A stretch of 64,000 nt of DNA from positions 260,852 through 324,851 of the forward strand of contig CP145878.1 of NCBI GenBank assembly GCA_041944325.1. The letters run 5' to 3'. Shown piece by piece: positions 41,127-54,374 of this stretch. Under the pieces are notes generated by a model. That model searched no databases. It was not told the origin of the DNA and saw only the letters and a program-made list of their open reading frames with translations. Origin of the DNA: Candidatus Dasytiphilus stammeri (GTDB lineage: Bacteria > Pseudomonadota > Gammaproteobacteria > Enterobacterales > Enterobacteriaceae). Position 1 is the first letter of the stretch. Each line of letters begins with the position of its first letter. The translations under genes and the position numbers were made by a program.

Positions 41127-41717
41127 CTATTTACTGAAAAGGTGACCCAGTTTTTCCGCTTTAGTATCTAGGTAGGAAGCGTTTTCAGGATTACGCCCAA
41201 CACTTAAAGGGACGCGTTCAACAATGTTAATTCCAGTTTTGCTTAATATTTCTACCTTACGCGGATTATTAGTTAATAATCTAACCTTATCTATCTTTAA
41301 TAATTTAAGCATATCAGCACATAATGTGAAATCTCGTTCATCTGCTGCAAATCCCAATTTTTGATTAGCCTCAACAGTATCGAAGCCTTGATCCTGTAAT
41401 GCATAAGCACGGATTTTATTTAATAATCCAATATTGCGACCTTCCTGACGATGGTAAATTAATACACCCCCACCTTCTGTAACAATTGATGACAGCGCGG
41501 CTTTAAGTTGAAAACCGCAGTCACAACGTAAACTGAATAGGGCGTCGCCAGACAAACATTCGGAGTGCACTCTAGTCAGGATAGAACCTTTAATCGAGAT
41601 ATCTCCATAAACTAATGCGATGTGATTATGTCCCGTCGCTAGTTCTTCAAAGCCTATCATTAAAAACTCTCCTAGGTGTGTTGGTAACTTAGCTTGTGCC
41701 ACAAGTTTTAACTGCAT
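41127..41717 (-). CDS. ribA: GTP cyclohydrolase II
   Basis: [39 protein letters not shown]... is collinear with 196-aa E. coli RibA. ATG 41717 is preceded by GGAGAG. The 30-codon ORF-track extension is rejected. Confidence 0.95.
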   Translation of the reverse strand: MQLKLVAQAKLPTHLGEFLMIGFEELATGHNHIALVYGDISIKGSILTRVHSECLSGDALFSLRCDCGFQLKAALSSIVTEGGGVLIYHRQEGRNIGLLNKIRAYALQDQGFDTVEANQKLGFAADERDFTLCADMLKLLKIDKVRLLTNNPRKVEILSKTGINIVERVPLSVGRNPENASYLDTKAEKLGHLFSK

Positions 41718-41963
41718 ATGCACTCTCCAGCGACTTACTGAATAGATTAGATAATCTGCCCTAATATATTTCTTAGAGCTAAATGTTATTATAAATATGA
41801 TTGTCAATTATAATTATATGGAATTAATGAAATTTAGGAAGCCATGTTACAAATTTTTCTATATATCTGTTATCCTAGATGGAGGATAACTATTGTTTAA
41901 GATTAAACCAATGATTTCAGGAGATATTGTGATTATCTAAATAAAAACGAGGATTACTCATAA

Positions 41964-42674
41964 ATGTTTATAGACTCACCTATAATAGTAGCGCTTGATT
42001 ACTCTTCTCGCAATTGTGTAATGACTTTAGTTGATAGCATTGATCCGACATTATGTCGTCTTAAGGTAGGAAAACAACTTTTTACTTTACTAGGTCCTAA
42101 AATTGTGCGTGACTTACAACAGCGAGGATTTGAAGTTTTTCTCGATCTAAAATTTCACGATATTCCTAATACGGTAGCTCATGCAGTTGCCATTGCCGCT
42201 GAATTGGGGGTATGGATGGTAAATGTTCATGCTAGTGGAGGAGCAAAAATGATGAGTGCCGCAAATAACGCACTGTTGCCGTTTAAAAATGATGCACCAT
42301 TATTGATGGCGGTTACCATGCTAACAAGTTTAAACGCTAATGATTTACCAGGTATCGGTTTAAATTCTTCTATATCAGAACATACTCAACTATTAGCACG
42401 TTTGACATATGAATGTGGTCTTGATGGTATCATCTGCTCGGCATCTGACGCAAGCCAGATTAAGAAAATGACTGAAAATAGTTTGATAATAGTAACACCG
42501 GGTATTAGGCCGGATATTACTGATCCTACTGATCATGATCGCATTATGACACCATATCAAGCGATTGGGGCCGGTGTTGATTATCTGGTAATAGGGCGTC
42601 CTATTACACAGTCTCGAAATCCGGCTCAAACACTAACGGCAGTTTATTCTTCACTAACAAAAATTCCTCTTTAA
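41964..42674 (+). CDS. pyrF: orotidine 5'-phosphate decarboxylase
   Basis: 236 aa with VALDY and [12 protein letters not shown], collinear with E. coli PyrF. Confidence 0.95.
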   Translation: MFIDSPIIVALDYSSRNCVMTLVDSIDPTLCRLKVGKQLFTLLGPKIVRDLQQRGFEVFLDLKFHDIPNTVAHAVAIAAELGVWMVNVHASGGAKMMSAANNALLPFKNDAPLLMAVTMLTSLNANDLPGIGLNSSISEHTQLLARLTYECGLDGIICSASDASQIKKMTENSLIIVTPGIRPDITDPTDHDRIMTPYQAIGAGVDYLVIGRPITQSRNPAQTLTAVYSSLTKIPL

Positions 42675-42747
42675 GTATTATGATAGAAAAATCGCCACCT
42701 GAAGTTATTGCTAGATGGTTGATAAGTAGAAAATTAATTATCCGATT

Positions 42748-44157
42748 TCACAACGCTTTAATAATCTCCTCAACACTATGTTTAGCATCACCAAACAACA
42801 TTCGAGTATTAGATTTAAAAAACAATGGATTTTGAACTCCAGCATAACCAGGATTCATCGTCCGTTTAAAGACAATCACACTATGTGCTTTCCATACTTC
42901 TAGTACCGGCATCCCATTAATAGAACTAGAATGAGGTGAAGTTTCTTGTGCAGCCGGGTTAACTGTATCATTAGCCCCAATAACTAGTACTAAATCAGTA
43001 TCTTGAAAATCCTTATTAATTTCATCTATTCCTAGTACTATGTCATACGATACTTTTGCTTCAGCTAATAACACATTCATATGACCTGGAAGGCGACCAG
43101 CAATTGGATGAATTCCGAAACGAATGTTAATACCGCGCTGACGTAATTGTTTAGTAAGCATTGCCAGCGAATATTGTGCCTGTGCTACTGCCATACCGTA
43201 ACCCGGTGTTATAATAACTGAAGAAGCTCTTTTTAAGAGAGCGGCAGTTTCCTGAGCATCAGTGGTTTGGTATTCTCCGATTTGTTGATAATTAAGTATA
43301 CCAGGTTGTTTTTCACCTAAACCACCAGTAATTACACCTAGAAACGAACGATTCATTGCTTTACACATAATATAAGAAAGGATGGCTCCAGAAGAACCTA
43401 CTAAAGCCCCTGTTATAATTAACAGATCATTATCTAAAATAAATCCAGCAGATGCCGAAGCCCATCCTGAATAAGAATTTAACATAGAAATAACTACGGG
43501 CATATCTGCTCCACCAATGGAAATCACTAAATGCCATCCCAAGATAAATGCTATAAGTGTCATGAGTAATAATGTCATACTCTTTAAACTAGGATTAGGA
43601 GTACTGAGGAAAATTATCATCAGCAGGAGTGAAATTAACAAAGCAGCACTATTCATCTGGTGACGGTGTACAAGTATTAAGGGTTGCGGAGAAATATAGC
43701 CCCGCAATTTGCTAAATGCTACTAGAGATCCGGTAAAGGTCATGGTCCCAATAAATATTCCCAAGAAAATTTCGCTTAAATGAAGATTATTTATCTCTAG
43801 TGGTAATCTAAATATTTTGGATAAATAACTACTAAAACCAACTAATACTGATGCCAGACCCACTAAACTATGTAATAGAGCAACCAGCTCAGGTATAGCG
43901 GTCATATTTACTTTATTGGCTAAATATACACCAATCAGACCACCCATTATCATTGCTGAAAATATCCAAACCATATAATAAACCGTATTTAAATTATATA
44001 TGGTAGCCATCAATGCTATGCTCATCCCAATCATGCCGATAAGATTCCCCTGCTTGGAAGTTTCTGGTTTTGCAAGCATCGCTAGGCTAAAAATAAATAA
44101 TATCGAGGATATAAGATATACTGCAGTAACTAATCCGCCTGACATGGTTATTATCAC
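42748..44157 (-). CDS. pntB: NAD(P) transhydrogenase subunit beta
   Basis: 469 aa, collinear with E. coli PntB. The pntA-pntB operon order is retained. Confidence 0.95.
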   Translation of the reverse strand: MIITMSGGLVTAVYLISSILFIFSLAMLAKPETSKQGNLIGMIGMSIALMATIYNLNTVYYMVWIFSAMIMGGLIGVYLANKVNMTAIPELVALLHSLVGLASVLVGFSSYLSKIFRLPLEINNLHLSEIFLGIFIGTMTFTGSLVAFSKLRGYISPQPLILVHRHQMNSAALLISLLLMIIFLSTPNPSLKSMTLLLMTLIAFILGWHLVISIGGADMPVVISMLNSYSGWASASAGFILDNDLLIITGALVGSSGAILSYIMCKAMNRSFLGVITGGLGEKQPGILNYQQIGEYQTTDAQETAALLKRASSVIITPGYGMAVAQAQYSLAMLTKQLRQRGINIRFGIHPIAGRLPGHMNVLLAEAKVSYDIVLGIDEINKDFQDTDLVLVIGANDTVNPAAQETSPHSSSINGMPVLEVWKAHSVIVFKRTMNPGYAGVQNPLFFKSNTRMLFGDAKHSVEEIIKAL

Positions 44158-44165
44158 CCATAGAC

Positions 44166-45710
44166 CTAATTTTTACGAAACATTTTAAGCATGCGCTGAG
44201 TCACCGCAAACCCGCCAAAAATATTAATACTAGCAATAAATATTGCCGCTAAAGAAAAAAACGAAATCCAACCTCCATGTTCGATTTGTAATAACGCTCC
44301 AATAATGATAATGCCTGATATAGCGTTAGTGACGGATATTAGAGGCGTATGTAGCGCATTACTTACATTCCAAACTACGTAATAACCAATTATGCAGGCC
44401 ATCGCAAAAATAGTAAGATGTGAAACCATTTCGGTAGGTATTGTACTAAAAGTGGCTATTCCACCAAATATTATAATAGCTAATATCAATAGAAGATATT
44501 GTCGCCATAATCCAGTTTTATTTAATATTTTTGGTAATTCGGAAGATGGTGACACCGATTTTACTGATTCTACTACGGTGTTGGCTTTTAAAGCGGGTGC
44601 TGGCCAAGTGATGTTTCCTTCCTTAATAACCGTCATCTGACGCACTACTATGTCATTAAAATCAATGTTAATCTGACCATTTTGCTCTGTGCATAGTAGT
44701 TTTAGTAGATTGACTAGATTATTACTATAAAGCTGAGATGATTGGGTAGGTAACCTACTAGGTAGATCAGTATAACCAATAATTTTAACCCCGTTATTGG
44801 TAATAGTTAATTTATCCACTAAGGTTAATTCACAGTTCCCCCCAGTTTGGGCAGCCAGATCTACAATAATACTGCCAGTTTTCATAGTTTCAACCATTTT
44901 TCTGGTAATAATAACTGGAGCTGGTTTCCCTGGGATCATAGCAGTGGTAATGATAATATCTACTTCTTTTACTTGATCATTCAATAATTCTCTTTCAGAT
45001 TTCATAAAATTATCAGACATCACTCGAGCATAGCAATCCTCACTACTTTCTAAGTGTCCTGTAATATTGAGTTCAATAAAATCGGCTCCCATGCTCTTTA
45101 CTTGTTCCTTAACTTCTAATCTACTATCGAAGGCTCGTACAAGAGCACCTAAATTTCTTGCGACACCAATAGCCGAAAGACCTGCAACCCCTGCTCCAAT
45201 TACCATTACTTTAGCTGGCAAGATTTTTCCAGCGGCAGTAATCTGACCATTGAAAAATCTTCCGAATTCATGAGCCGCTTCAATAATCGCACGATAACCA
45301 GCGATATTAGCCATTGATGTAAGTGCATCAAAAGCTTGTGCACGTGAAATTCTCGGAACACTATCCATAGATAGTACTGTTATATTGAGTCTAGCTAGTT
45401 TAGCTAATAATGTCGAATTTTGTGTAGGCCAGATGAAACTTATTAGAAGGATACCTGATGGTATTAAAGATAATTCCTCCTCTGTTGGTGGATTGACCTT
45501 AATGACAATATCTGACTGCCAGATCTCGGTAGAATTAGTCAGTAGTGCTCCAGCTTCTGAGTAATCAGTATCTTCAAAACTAGCAGATGTTCCGGCACCT
45601 GATTCTACTAAAATAACAAAACCTAGTCTGATAAGTTGTTTTACTGTATCAGGTGTCGCCGCAACTCTTGATTCTCTAATAATTAGCTCTTTTGGTACTC
45701 CTATTTTCAT
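44166..45710 (-). CDS. pntA: NAD(P) transhydrogenase subunit alpha
   Basis: [20 protein letters not shown]... is collinear with E. coli PntA. ATG 45710 is preceded by AAGGAAG. The 10-codon ORF-track extension is rejected. Confidence 0.95.
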   Translation of the reverse strand: MKIGVPKELIIRESRVAATPDTVKQLIRLGFVILVESGAGTSASFEDTDYSEAGALLTNSTEIWQSDIVIKVNPPTEEELSLIPSGILLISFIWPTQNSTLLAKLARLNITVLSMDSVPRISRAQAFDALTSMANIAGYRAIIEAAHEFGRFFNGQITAAGKILPAKVMVIGAGVAGLSAIGVARNLGALVRAFDSRLEVKEQVKSMGADFIELNITGHLESSEDCYARVMSDNFMKSERELLNDQVKEVDIIITTAMIPGKPAPVIITRKMVETMKTGSIIVDLAAQTGGNCELTLVDKLTITNNGVKIIGYTDLPSRLPTQSSQLYSNNLVNLLKLLCTEQNGQINIDFNDIVVRQMTVIKEGNITWPAPALKANTVVESVKSVSPSSELPKILNKTGLWRQYLLLILAIIIFGGIATFSTIPTEMVSHLTIFAMACIIGYYVVWNVSNALHTPLISVTNAISGIIIIGALLQIEHGGWISFFSLAAIFIASINIFGGFAVTQRMLKMFRKN

Positions 45711-45850
45711 AGTCTTCCTTATCAAATTAATTAATCTCATTTTTAGTCGAAATACAGTTTCAGATTTTTTTGGACTAATGAAAGATATTTTTATGAAAAT
45801 TATGTTAAATTAAAAATTAACTGATCTACCATCAATATTAGTACTCTTGA

Positions 45851-48250
45851 TTAAGATCTTAAGTATGCTTGAAATCTTTTTTTTAAGGCATTCGTACATT
45901 TAGTGACAATAGCTGAAATTTCACTTTCTTTCAGAGTACGCCGGGTTTCTTGTAAAATCAGGCTAATCCCTAAACTCTTATAGCCATGAGCTATCCCATG
46001 ACCACGGTAGACATCAAACAATTTTACTGCAACTAGCTTAGTTTCTCCAAATTGTTGACATTCTTTCAGTACCTCTGAAACGGGAATATCTTCAGCTACA
46101 ACAACCGCAATATCACGACGAGTTGATGGAAAACTAGAGATTTTTTGTATAATTGGCCGGCGATAATCTGAAATGCGATTCCATAATAACTCAAACAATA
46201 CTGTTCTACTATTGAGTTCCAGCCTTCTTTCCAAGAGAGGATTAATTACACCAATAATCCCAATTGGCTCACTACCTAAGTAGATAGTGGCACTTTGGCC
46301 GGGATGCAACGCTGGATGTTTCTCTGCTTGAAAATGAATTTCCTTTCTTTTGCCAGTTAGATCCAATAAGACCTCTAAATCACCTTTTAAATCATAAAAA
46401 TCTACTGATTTACAAGGTAGATCCCAATGTTCTTCATGATTTATACCACTCATCACACCTGCTAGCATCAAATCTTGTTTCACGCCAATTTTAGAAGCAA
46501 GATCCGGTACAAAGCAGAGACCAATTTCAAATAGTCTGATAACTTTCTGTTGTCGGTTCTGATTATAAGCAACTGCAGAGAGTAATCCACTCCTTAATGA
46601 TAGGCGCATGGCTGACATTTCCACAGACATTGGACTCTCTAAATTTAGAGATTTTTCACTGGGATGGAGGAAGTTTTGCATTCTTGGATTAACAAAACTA
46701 TACGTTATCACTTCTTGATAACCTTTATCTACTAAAAGCGTCCTAATCCGCTTCAGAGAAATCTTAGTTTTACTCTGATTCCAATTGCTTATCACTTCAT
46801 TTTGGAAAGGTACGCAGGGCAATTGGTTATAGCCATAAATTCTCGCTACTTCTTCAACTAAATCTTCTTCTATACTAAGATCAAAACGCCAGCTTGGCGG
46901 AATTACTTTCCATAAATTTGGTTTTTCAACATAATTTATTTTGCAACCTAGACGAGACAGAATATCCACTACTTCATTAGTGTCAATCTGCTGACCAAGC
47001 AAAATATCAATCTTTTCACGACGCAAAGTGATTACAGGACTCTTTGGCAACCAGGCAGCATTCCTAATTTCCATAATTGGTCCTACTTGACCTCCACATA
47101 TCTCCAATAATAAACTGGTGGCACGTTCTATAGCTTTATCCTGTAACATTGGATCGACTCCCCGCTCATAACGTTGTGAAACCGGAGTCTGTAAATTATA
47201 GTAGTTTATACTAGGTTTCATAATTAACGGATCTAAAAATGCACTTTCCAGCAGTAAATTTTGGGTTTGATCAGTGACTATTGAATCTATTCCATTAAGA
47301 ATTCCTGCAATTGAGAGCACTTTAGTATGATCTGCAATCACTAGCGTATCTTTTTGTAATTTAATTTTGGTGTCCTCAGTTGACCTCAATATTTCATTGG
47401 GCTGTGCCAGACGTACTATTATCCCGACGTCAATTTTTTCGAGATCAAAGGTTTGCATGGGTTGACCTAGTTCCAGTAAAATATAGTTCGTAATATTAAG
47501 AATTACATTATCCGAAAGAAGATCGCTGCGCCGCAATTTTTCACTAAGCCATAATGGCGTAGCTACCTTAACATTCACCCCCTTTAAGATGCGCGCTAAA
47601 TATCGTGGGCAAGCTGAAGCCACTTCAATATCAATTGGTAATTGATCATTTAATTTTACGGTTGCCGGCGAGATCTTAGGTTCATTGAAATTTAATTTAT
47701 TCATAGCAGCTAGATCACGTGCAATCCCACGAATACTTAGACAATCCGCACGGTTAGGTGTCACGTTTATTTCAAGAATTTTATCATCCAGTTGCAGATA
47801 TTCTCTAATATTCATTCCTAATGGCGCTGTTACCGGTAGTTCAATAATTTCTTGATCATCTTCTTCTCCTAATCCTAAATCCGTTAACGAACACAGCATA
47901 CCTTGAGAAATCGTTCCAGGGATTTTTTGGCGGGCTTTAATTTTGATATTACTTGGAAGTATTGCTCCTTGAGTGGCTACTACTACTTTTATCCCCTGGC
48001 GGCAATTTGAGGCACTACACAAGATATTAATTAAATTACAACTCCCTATATCAACTTTGGTTAGCTTTAGTTTGGAGTCTGCTTTATATTCACATTCGAT
48101 GATTTCACCAACTATAATACCTGTACAATTACCGGCTATTGTAGCCATACTATCTACTTCTAGCCCTAATAAAGCTAGTTGTTCATATAAGGTTTCGCTA
48201 TCAATAGTTAGATTAACCCATTCTCTTAACCAAAATTCACTTACTTTCAT
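45851..48250 (-). CDS. pheT: phenylalanine--tRNA ligase beta subunit
   Basis: 799 aa. MKVSEFWLREWVN... is collinear with E. coli PheT. Confidence 0.95.
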   Translation of the reverse strand: MKVSEFWLREWVNLTIDSETLYEQLALLGLEVDSMATIAGNCTGIIVGEIIECEYKADSKLKLTKVDIGSCNLINILCSASNCRQGIKVVVATQGAILPSNIKIKARQKIPGTISQGMLCSLTDLGLGEEDDQEIIELPVTAPLGMNIREYLQLDDKILEINVTPNRADCLSIRGIARDLAAMNKLNFNEPKISPATVKLNDQLPIDIEVASACPRYLARILKGVNVKVATPLWLSEKLRRSDLLSDNVILNITNYILLELGQPMQTFDLEKIDVGIIVRLAQPNEILRSTEDTKIKLQKDTLVIADHTKVLSIAGILNGIDSIVTDQTQNLLLESAFLDPLIMKPSINYYNLQTPVSQRYERGVDPMLQDKAIERATSLLLEICGGQVGPIMEIRNAAWLPKSPVITLRREKIDILLGQQIDTNEVVDILSRLGCKINYVEKPNLWKVIPPSWRFDLSIEEDLVEEVARIYGYNQLPCVPFQNEVISNWNQSKTKISLKRIRTLLVDKGYQEVITYSFVNPRMQNFLHPSEKSLNLESPMSVEMSAMRLSLRSGLLSAVAYNQNRQQKVIRLFEIGLCFVPDLASKIGVKQDLMLAGVMSGINHEEHWDLPCKSVDFYDLKGDLEVLLDLTGKRKEIHFQAEKHPALHPGQSATIYLGSEPIGIIGVINPLLERRLELNSRTVLFELLWNRISDYRRPIIQKISSFPSTRRDIAVVVAEDIPVSEVLKECQQFGETKLVAVKLFDVYRGHGIAHGYKSLGISLILQETRRTLKESEISAIVTKCTNALKKRFQAYLRS

Positions 48251-48256
48251 TATTGA

Positions 48257-49243
48257 TTATTTAAACTGTTTGAGAAAACGTAAATCATTATCATAAAATA
48301 TACGTATATCTTTAATTTTATAGCGTAACATTATAAGCCGTTCTATTCCAGTACCAAAAGCGAAACCCGAATAGATATCGGGATCTAGGCCTGCATGACG
48401 TAACACCTTGGGATGTACCATACCACAGCCTAAAATCTCTAACCATTTTTTACCTTGAATTTTTACATCAACTTCAGCCGATGGTTCGGTAAATGGGAAA
48501 TAAGATGCTCTAAACCTAATTTGTAAATCTTCTTCAAAAAATTTTTGCAGAAAATTGTATAAGATATTTTTAAGATGAGTAAAACTTACTTTTTTATCAA
48601 CCATTAAACATTCCATTTGATGAAACATTGGGGTATGAGTAGAATCATAATCCTTACGATATACTTTACCTGAAGTAATCATACGTATCGGAGGAAACTG
48701 ATTTTTCAAAGTTCTAATCTGAACTCCGGAAGTTTGTGTTCTTAATAGAAGATTATCATTCAACCAAAAAGTGTCATGATCCGTACGTGCTGGATGATTA
48801 ATTGGTATATTAAGAGCATCAAAATTATGGTAACTATCTTCAATTTCTGGTCCGGTGACTACTTCAAAACCTAATCCGTAAAAAATTTTTTCTATACGAT
48901 CAATGGTGCTCGTTACCGGATGTAATCCACCATTTTTCATACTGCGTCCGGGTAATGAAACATCAATATTTTCTTGTAATATCAGAGCACTCAGAGTTTC
49001 CTTTTCTAAAAGGATTTTTTTAGAATCTAAAGCTTCTAAAAGCTGTTTTTTTGCTCTATTAAGCACAATACCTACAGCGGGACGATCTTCTGGCTTGATC
49101 TCACGTAAATTTTTCATATATAGTGTAAGAATACCTTGTTTTCCTAGGTATTCGACACGAATTTTTTCTAAAGTACTTAATTTTTTTATATTATCAATAT
49201 TTTTCTGCAGTTGGGAAATAAGTTCTTTTATATGATGAAGCAT
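48257..49243 (-). CDS. pheS: phenylalanine--tRNA ligase alpha subunit
   Basis: 328 aa, collinear with E. coli PheS to the shared C-terminus [10 protein letters not shown]. Confidence 0.95.
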   Translation of the reverse strand: MLHHIKELISQLQKNIDNIKKLSTLEKIRVEYLGKQGILTLYMKNLREIKPEDRPAVGIVLNRAKKQLLEALDSKKILLEKETLSALILQENIDVSLPGRSMKNGGLHPVTSTIDRIEKIFYGLGFEVVTGPEIEDSYHNFDALNIPINHPARTDHDTFWLNDNLLLRTQTSGVQIRTLKNQFPPIRMITSGKVYRKDYDSTHTPMFHQMECLMVDKKVSFTHLKNILYNFLQKFFEEDLQIRFRASYFPFTEPSAEVDVKIQGKKWLEILGCGMVHPKVLRHAGLDPDIYSGFAFGTGIERLIMLRYKIKDIRIFYDNDLRFLKQFK

Positions 49244-49403
49244 TTTTATCCTTCCAATTTTTATAGAAAGTTACTACTCCATTCATTTTCATTAAGATAG
49301 ATATACTAACTAAAATAATTAGCAGATTTTGAATAATTTGAATCAACAGGTAGGATTACACTACATAGCAATTATATAAAATCAAATTAAATTTAAATCT
49401 AAC

Positions 49404-49763
49404 TTAAAATGATAATGTCATTTTCGATTTGTTAACTAATGCTGAAAATGCATGGGTATCAAAAACCGCTATATCAGCTAATACTTTACGATCTATTGTT
49501 ATCGACGATTTTTTCAGTCCGTTCATTAAACTGCTATAAGATAGCCCGTTTTTTCTGGCTGCGGCATTAATGCGCATAATCCATAGTTTTCGAAACTGAC
49601 GTTTACGCTGCCGTCGGTCACGATAAGCGTACTGACCAGCTTTAATAACAGCTTGAAGGGCAATTCGATAGACACGAGAACGCGCTCCATAATATCCTTT
49701 AGCTTGTTTCAAGATTTTTTTATGACGTGCACGAGCAACAATACTGCGTTTGACACGAGCCAT
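49404..49763 (-). CDS. rplT: 50S ribosomal protein L20
   Basis: 119 aa. [33 protein letters not shown] matches L20. Confidence 0.95.
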   Translation of the reverse strand: MARVKRSIVARARHKKILKQAKGYYGARSRVYRIALQAVIKAGQYAYRDRRQRKRQFRKLWIMRINAAARKNGLSYSSLMNGLKKSSITIDRKVLADIAVFDTHAFSALVNKSKMTLSF

Positions 49764-49794
49764 ATAATATGCTCTCCTTTTATGAATATTAACT

Positions 49795-49992
49795 TTATGC
49801 GTATGGCATGCATACCAATACTAATCCTAAATCTACTTTAGATACCATATCTTTTGAACGTAGATGACGTTTACGTTTCGTGGATTTTTTAGTCAAGATA
49901 TGACGAAGACTAGCTTTTTTATGTTTCAAATTGCCAGAAGCAGTTTTCTTGAAGCGCTTAAGAGCACCTCGTACTGTTCTAATTTTTGGCAT
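49795..49992 (-). CDS. rpmI: 50S ribosomal protein L35
   Basis: 65 aa. [20 protein letters not shown] matches L35. Confidence 0.95.
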   Translation of the reverse strand: MPKIRTVRGALKRFKKTASGNLKHKKASLRHILTKKSTKRKRHLRSKDMVSKVDLGLVLVCMPYA

Positions 49993-50014
49993 ACTAAAAT
50001 ACCTCTTTTAAAGA

Positions 50015-50557
50015 TTAGTTTTTTTTCTTTGGAGCCACTACCATGATCATTTGTCTTCCTTCGATTTTAGTAGAAAAATATTCAACTACCGCGATTTCTT
50101 TGAGATCACCTTTAAGGCGATTAAGCATTTCAATACCAATTTGTTGATGCATCATTTCACGTCCGCGAAAACGTAATGTAATTTTAGCTCTATCACCATC
50201 TTCTAAAAATCTCATTAGGCTACGTAGTTTTACCTGATAGTCTCCTTCATCCGTTACTGGACGTAATTTAATTTCTTTTACCTGAATAATTTTTTGCTTT
50301 TTTTTCTGCTCTTTTGATATTTTACTCTTTTCGTAAAGAAATTTACCATAGTCTATCATTCGACAAACTGGTGGATCGGCATTAGGACTAATTTCTACTA
50401 GATCTAATCCTGCCTTCTCCGCTCTCTCTAAAGCTTCATTCAGACTTACAATACCAATTGATTCGCCGTTAACGTCCGTCAGACGAACCTCATTTACATA
50501 TATTTCGCGATTAATCCTATTAGGACGTATTTGTTGAATTGGTTTTCCGATTTTAAT
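50015..50557 (-). CDS. infC: translation initiation factor IF-3, initiating at ATT
   Basis: My translation upstream of the ORF-track Met reads (ATT)[71 protein letters not shown]. It is collinear with E. coli IF3, giving 180 codons in total. GGAGGG lies 7 nt upstream of ATT 50557-50555. Confidence 0.9.
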   Translation of the reverse strand: MKIGKPIQQIRPNRINREIYVNEVRLTDVNGESIGIVSLNEALERAEKAGLDLVEISPNADPPVCRMIDYGKFLYEKSKISKEQKKKQKIIQVKEIKLRPVTDEGDYQVKLRSLMRFLEDGDRAKITLRFRGREMMHQQIGIEMLNRLKGDLKEIAVVEYFSTKIEGRQMIMVVAPKKKN

Positions 50558-50569
50558 ACTCTATCCCTC

Positions 50570-52492
50570 CTATTGTTGAATCTTACGAATCTTAATTTCG
50601 TGCCACAGCTTTTCTAGTAGATTATTAACTTTCATATTTCCAATATTTTTACCCAACCTCGTTCTTACCGCCACTTCTCCTAATTCCATTTCTTTATCGC
50701 CACATATCAGCATATAGGGAATTTTCCGCAAGGTGTGTTCACGAATTTTAAAGCCAATTTTTTCATTTCTCAAGTCCACTCTTACTCTAATACCAGATTC
50801 TTTAAATATATTAGCTAATTGCTTAACATAATTAGATTGACGATTAGTGATATTCATTAATATCACCTGCACTGGTGCTAACCAAACTGGAAAACAACCT
50901 GCATATTCTTCCGTTATTATGCCTATAAATCTTTCTAATGAACCTAAAATTGCACGATGAATCATTACGGGTATCTGTTTTCTATTAGATTCATCTATAT
51001 AAAAAGCCTGAAGACGTTCAGGTAAAAAAAAGTCTAGTTGAATAGTACCACATTGCCATGCACGACCCAGACAATCATGTAGTATAAATTCAATTTTAGG
51101 CCCATAAAAAGCTCCATTTCCACATTGATATTTAAATGGAATCTTCCTGTTTTTGAGTGCCATGACTAAATCCTCTTCTGCCTGATCCCACAACATATCG
51201 TTGCCAATCCTAATTTCAGGACGAGTCGAGAAATTCACCTGGATTTTTTCAAAACCAAAAGTGCTGTATACCTCGTATAACATTTTCATACAGTGATTTA
51301 CTTCAGGAAGTATCTGATCTTTTGTACAGAAGATATGAGCATCATCTTGAGTAAAGCTACGTACCCGCATTAATCCATGTAGTGCACCTGAAGGCTCATT
51401 ACGATGACAACTCCCAAATTCGGCCATCCTGAAGGGTAAATCACGGTAGGATTTAAGTTTATGATTGTAGATTTGTATATGTCCTGGGCAATTCATTGGT
51501 TTAATGCAATATTGCCGCTCTTCTGATGAAGTTATAAACATTGCTTCTTGATAGTTTTTCCAATGTCCTGTGGTTTCCCATAAGCTACGATCTAATATCA
51601 ATGGACTTTTTACTTCTTGATACTCGTATTCTTTGAGCTTCAAGCGCATAAAAGATTTAATTTCACGTAAAATCAGCAAACCATCATTATGCCAGAATAC
51701 CATTCCAGGAGCTTCTTTCTGCATATGATATAATTCTAAATTTTTACCTATTTTACGATGATCTCGCTTCGTAATCTCTTCCATGCCTTGTAAATATTTA
51801 ATTAATTTGGTGTTATCGGACCAAGCAGTACCATAAATACGTTGTAGCATCTTATTATTCTTGTTGCTCCTCCAATAAGCCCCTGAGATTTTTTGTAGGG
51901 CAAAGTAGTGACAAAATCGTATGTTAGGAACATGTGGACCACGACACATATCAATGTACTCTTCATGATAATACAAACTAGGACTAACATCGCGACTTAT
52001 ATTTTCGTCAAGAATAGCAATTTTATATGGTTCATCTCTGGTAATAAAAATATCACGAGCTTGCTGCCAGCTGACGTTATTCTTAATAACGTCGTATTTT
52101 TTATCAGCTAATTCATGCATTCTCTGTTCTAATAGCATTAGATCTCCATGATTTAGAGAATCATGAAGATCGACATCATAAAAAAAACCGTTTTCAAAAC
52201 CTGAACCAATAGCCATCTTAGTTTCAGGCCATAATTGTTTGATAGCATGACCTAACAGGTGAGCGCAGGAATTTCGGATAATTTTTATACCAACTTCATC
52301 ATTCGGAGTAACAAAGTTCACTATAGCATCCTCAGTTACCAGATCAGATAGATCTTTTAATTCACCATTAACAATCCCAGCGATACAAAATTTAGCTAGG
52401 TCATAACCGAGAGTTTGATTAGCAATATCAATGATGCTAACCGCATGATTGAAATGATACACGGTTCCGTTATGAATAGTAATAGAGAACAT
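50570..52492 (-). CDS. thrS: threonine--tRNA ligase
   Basis: 640 aa, collinear with E. coli ThrS. thrS-infC-rpmI-rplT-pheST synteny is intact. Confidence 0.95.
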   Translation of the reverse strand: MFSITIHNGTVYHFNHAVSIIDIANQTLGYDLAKFCIAGIVNGELKDLSDLVTEDAIVNFVTPNDEVGIKIIRNSCAHLLGHAIKQLWPETKMAIGSGFENGFFYDVDLHDSLNHGDLMLLEQRMHELADKKYDVIKNNVSWQQARDIFITRDEPYKIAILDENISRDVSPSLYYHEEYIDMCRGPHVPNIRFCHYFALQKISGAYWRSNKNNKMLQRIYGTAWSDNTKLIKYLQGMEEITKRDHRKIGKNLELYHMQKEAPGMVFWHNDGLLILREIKSFMRLKLKEYEYQEVKSPLILDRSLWETTGHWKNYQEAMFITSSEERQYCIKPMNCPGHIQIYNHKLKSYRDLPFRMAEFGSCHRNEPSGALHGLMRVRSFTQDDAHIFCTKDQILPEVNHCMKMLYEVYSTFGFEKIQVNFSTRPEIRIGNDMLWDQAEEDLVMALKNRKIPFKYQCGNGAFYGPKIEFILHDCLGRAWQCGTIQLDFFLPERLQAFYIDESNRKQIPVMIHRAILGSLERFIGIITEEYAGCFPVWLAPVQVILMNITNRQSNYVKQLANIFKESGIRVRVDLRNEKIGFKIREHTLRKIPYMLICGDKEMELGEVAVRTRLGKNIGNMKVNNLLEKLWHEIKIRKIQQ

Positions 52493-52681
52493 TATGAATC
52501 CTTAGTTGTAGTGGGAATCAATACCGAACGAAGATTACTTGCTAACTTTTTACCAGAAGTTGGTTGAATTGTAAATTCAATGCATAATTTCTGGTACTTA
52601 TCACTAGCTTGAATTATATATAAGAGCTTCTCTTTGAGAAAGTAGACTCTACTAAATTATTCTTTCAGGTATAACATATCT

Positions 52682-53272
52682 ATGACAGCTAAAGGTCATT
52701 TGATTTTTGCTCTGGCAATAGCGATTTTTGCTAAACGTGCTCACTTAACACCAGTTCTCACTCATGGAGACTGGTGGCATATTATTCCTTCAGCACTGTT
52801 AACTTCACTATTGCCCGATTTAGATCATCCTCATTCGACCCTGGGTCGACGTTTAAAATGGTTATCTTATCCTCTGAGATATTTTTTTGGACATCGAGGT
52901 TTCACTCACAGTATACTAGTAGTTGCTGTTAGCATTGAAATCATCCATCAAGCAGTTCCGATAAATATGCAAGATCTGCTGCCAGCAGATGTTTTGCATG
53001 GAATGATAATAGGCTATATTAGTCATTTAATTGCGGATTTTATTACACCTTATGGTATTCCGCTTTTGTGGCCATGGCGCCGGAGGTTTCGGTTACCATT
53101 AATTAAGTTTACAAAAGTAAAAAATTCTGAACGATTCTTTGGTCTGGCTTTTACAGGTATAGCAATAATAATGCCATTTTATTCTTCTTTTTATTTATCC
53201 GTTGCAAATATAAATATGCATGGTTTTTTCAAGATATTGCACATCTTACAAAGATTATTGCACTATTTTTGA
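52682..53272 (+). CDS. ydjM: membrane-bound metal-dependent hydrolase YdjM
   Basis: 196 aa. MTAKGHLIFALAIAIFAKRAHLTPVLTHGDWWHIIPSALLTSLLPDLDHP is collinear with E. coli YdjM. Confidence 0.85.
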   Translation: MTAKGHLIFALAIAIFAKRAHLTPVLTHGDWWHIIPSALLTSLLPDLDHPHSTLGRRLKWLSYPLRYFFGHRGFTHSILVVAVSIEIIHQAVPINMQDLLPADVLHGMIIGYISHLIADFITPYGIPLLWPWRRRFRLPLIKFTKVKNSERFFGLAFTGIAIIMPFYSSFYLSVANINMHGFFKILHILQRLLHYF

Positions 53273-53405
53273 AATTAGGCATACATACTATTAACCATGA
53301 ATTATTTGTTTATGACCTAAGAATCTCTAATTATAGATGGTTTGTATCCTATCTATCTTCTAAGATTAGAAGAAACGCAGTAACCCTAAAAAATAAGGAT
53401 AAAAT

Positions 53406-54332
53406 ATGGGAGAATTTAATGAAGATGAAGTAATAAGTAATATGCATACTATCCTAGATATACTACGTTGGACAACTAGCTATTTTTCGGCAGCAAATCT
53501 CTGTTATGGTCATGGCACAGATAATCCTTGGGATGAAGCACTGAGACTGGTATTACCTACCATTTTACTACCATTAAACTATCCGGTAAATCTTTATGGA
53601 GCAAGACTCACTATCCAAGAACGACAACATCTTGTTAAAAGGATTATGCGTCGTGTTAATGAACGCATCCCTGTAGCTTACCTAACTAATAAAGCATGGT
53701 TTTGTGGACATGAATTTTATATTGATGAACGAGTATTAATCCCACGTTCTCCAATTGGAGAATTAATTGAAAGACATTTTGCCTCACTGATTGAAGGAGA
53801 ACCAAAAGATCTTCTTGATATGTGTACGGGAAGCGGTTGTATTGCAATTGCATGTAGTCATGCCTTTGCGAAGGTTAGAGTCGATGCAGTAGATATTTCT
53901 GCCGATGCATTAGCAGTGGCGGAAAAAAATATTGCGGATCATGGCGTTCAAAATTTAGTGACACCTATACTTTCAGATCTTTTTGGTAAGATACCTAAAA
54001 AAAAATACGATATTATCATTTCCAATCCACCTTACGTAAAGGTAGATGAAATGAGTACCTTACCTAATGAATATCACTTTGAACCCGCAATAGGTTTAGT
54101 AGCTGGTACAGATGGACTAAATTTAATTCGTCGTATTATCTACTCTGCAGCAGATTATCTGAATGATAATGGCATATTAATTTGCGAAGTTGGAAATAAT
54201 AAAGAGCACCTAATAGCACAGTATCCTAAGATTCCATTCATTTGGCTAGATTTTAATCATGGCGGTGAAGGTGTTTTTATGTTGACTAAAGCGCAATTAC
54301 TTGCCAATAATAAATATATGAGCATTGATTAA
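53406..54332 (+). CDS. prmB: ribosomal protein L3 glutamine N5-methyltransferase
   Basis: 308 aa with [36 protein letters not shown] and NPPY, collinear with E. coli PrmB (YfcB). prmB-aroC synteny. Confidence 0.92.
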   Translation: MGEFNEDEVISNMHTILDILRWTTSYFSAANLCYGHGTDNPWDEALRLVLPTILLPLNYPVNLYGARLTIQERQHLVKRIMRRVNERIPVAYLTNKAWFCGHEFYIDERVLIPRSPIGELIERHFASLIEGEPKDLLDMCTGSGCIAIACSHAFAKVRVDAVDISADALAVAEKNIADHGVQNLVTPILSDLFGKIPKKKYDIIISNPPYVKVDEMSTLPNEYHFEPAIGLVAGTDGLNLIRRIIYSAADYLNDNGILICEVGNNKEHLIAQYPKIPFIWLDFNHGGEGVFMLTKAQLLANNKYMSID

Positions 54333-54374
54333 CCAATCCAGCAGCAGATTTCATCAAATAAGGAACTAATTATA

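Noticed and set aside
41818-41889. A possible lapB (yciM) C-terminal remnant upstream of pyrF. The 23-codon ORF MELMKFRKPCYKFFYISVILDGG-stop is compared with LapB ...YRCQKCGF...KPIRGLDGL-stop.
   Set aside because: Only a handful of matching residues in a 23-codon AT-rich ORF. The position is right, but the similarity is too weak to call without an alignment statistic.
49244-49403. A pheM-type Phe-rich leader peptide and attenuator upstream of pheS.
   Set aside because: Minus-strand translation of the spacer gives no Phe-rich mini-ORF and no GC-containing terminator/antiterminator stems.
52591-52606. A LexA box upstream of ydjM (CTGGTACTTATCACTA). ydjM is LexA-regulated in E. coli.
   Set aside because: It deviates from CTGT-N8-ACAG at the critical positions of the right half-site (ACTA against ACAG) and has G for T in the left half. 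It is probably a decayed site.
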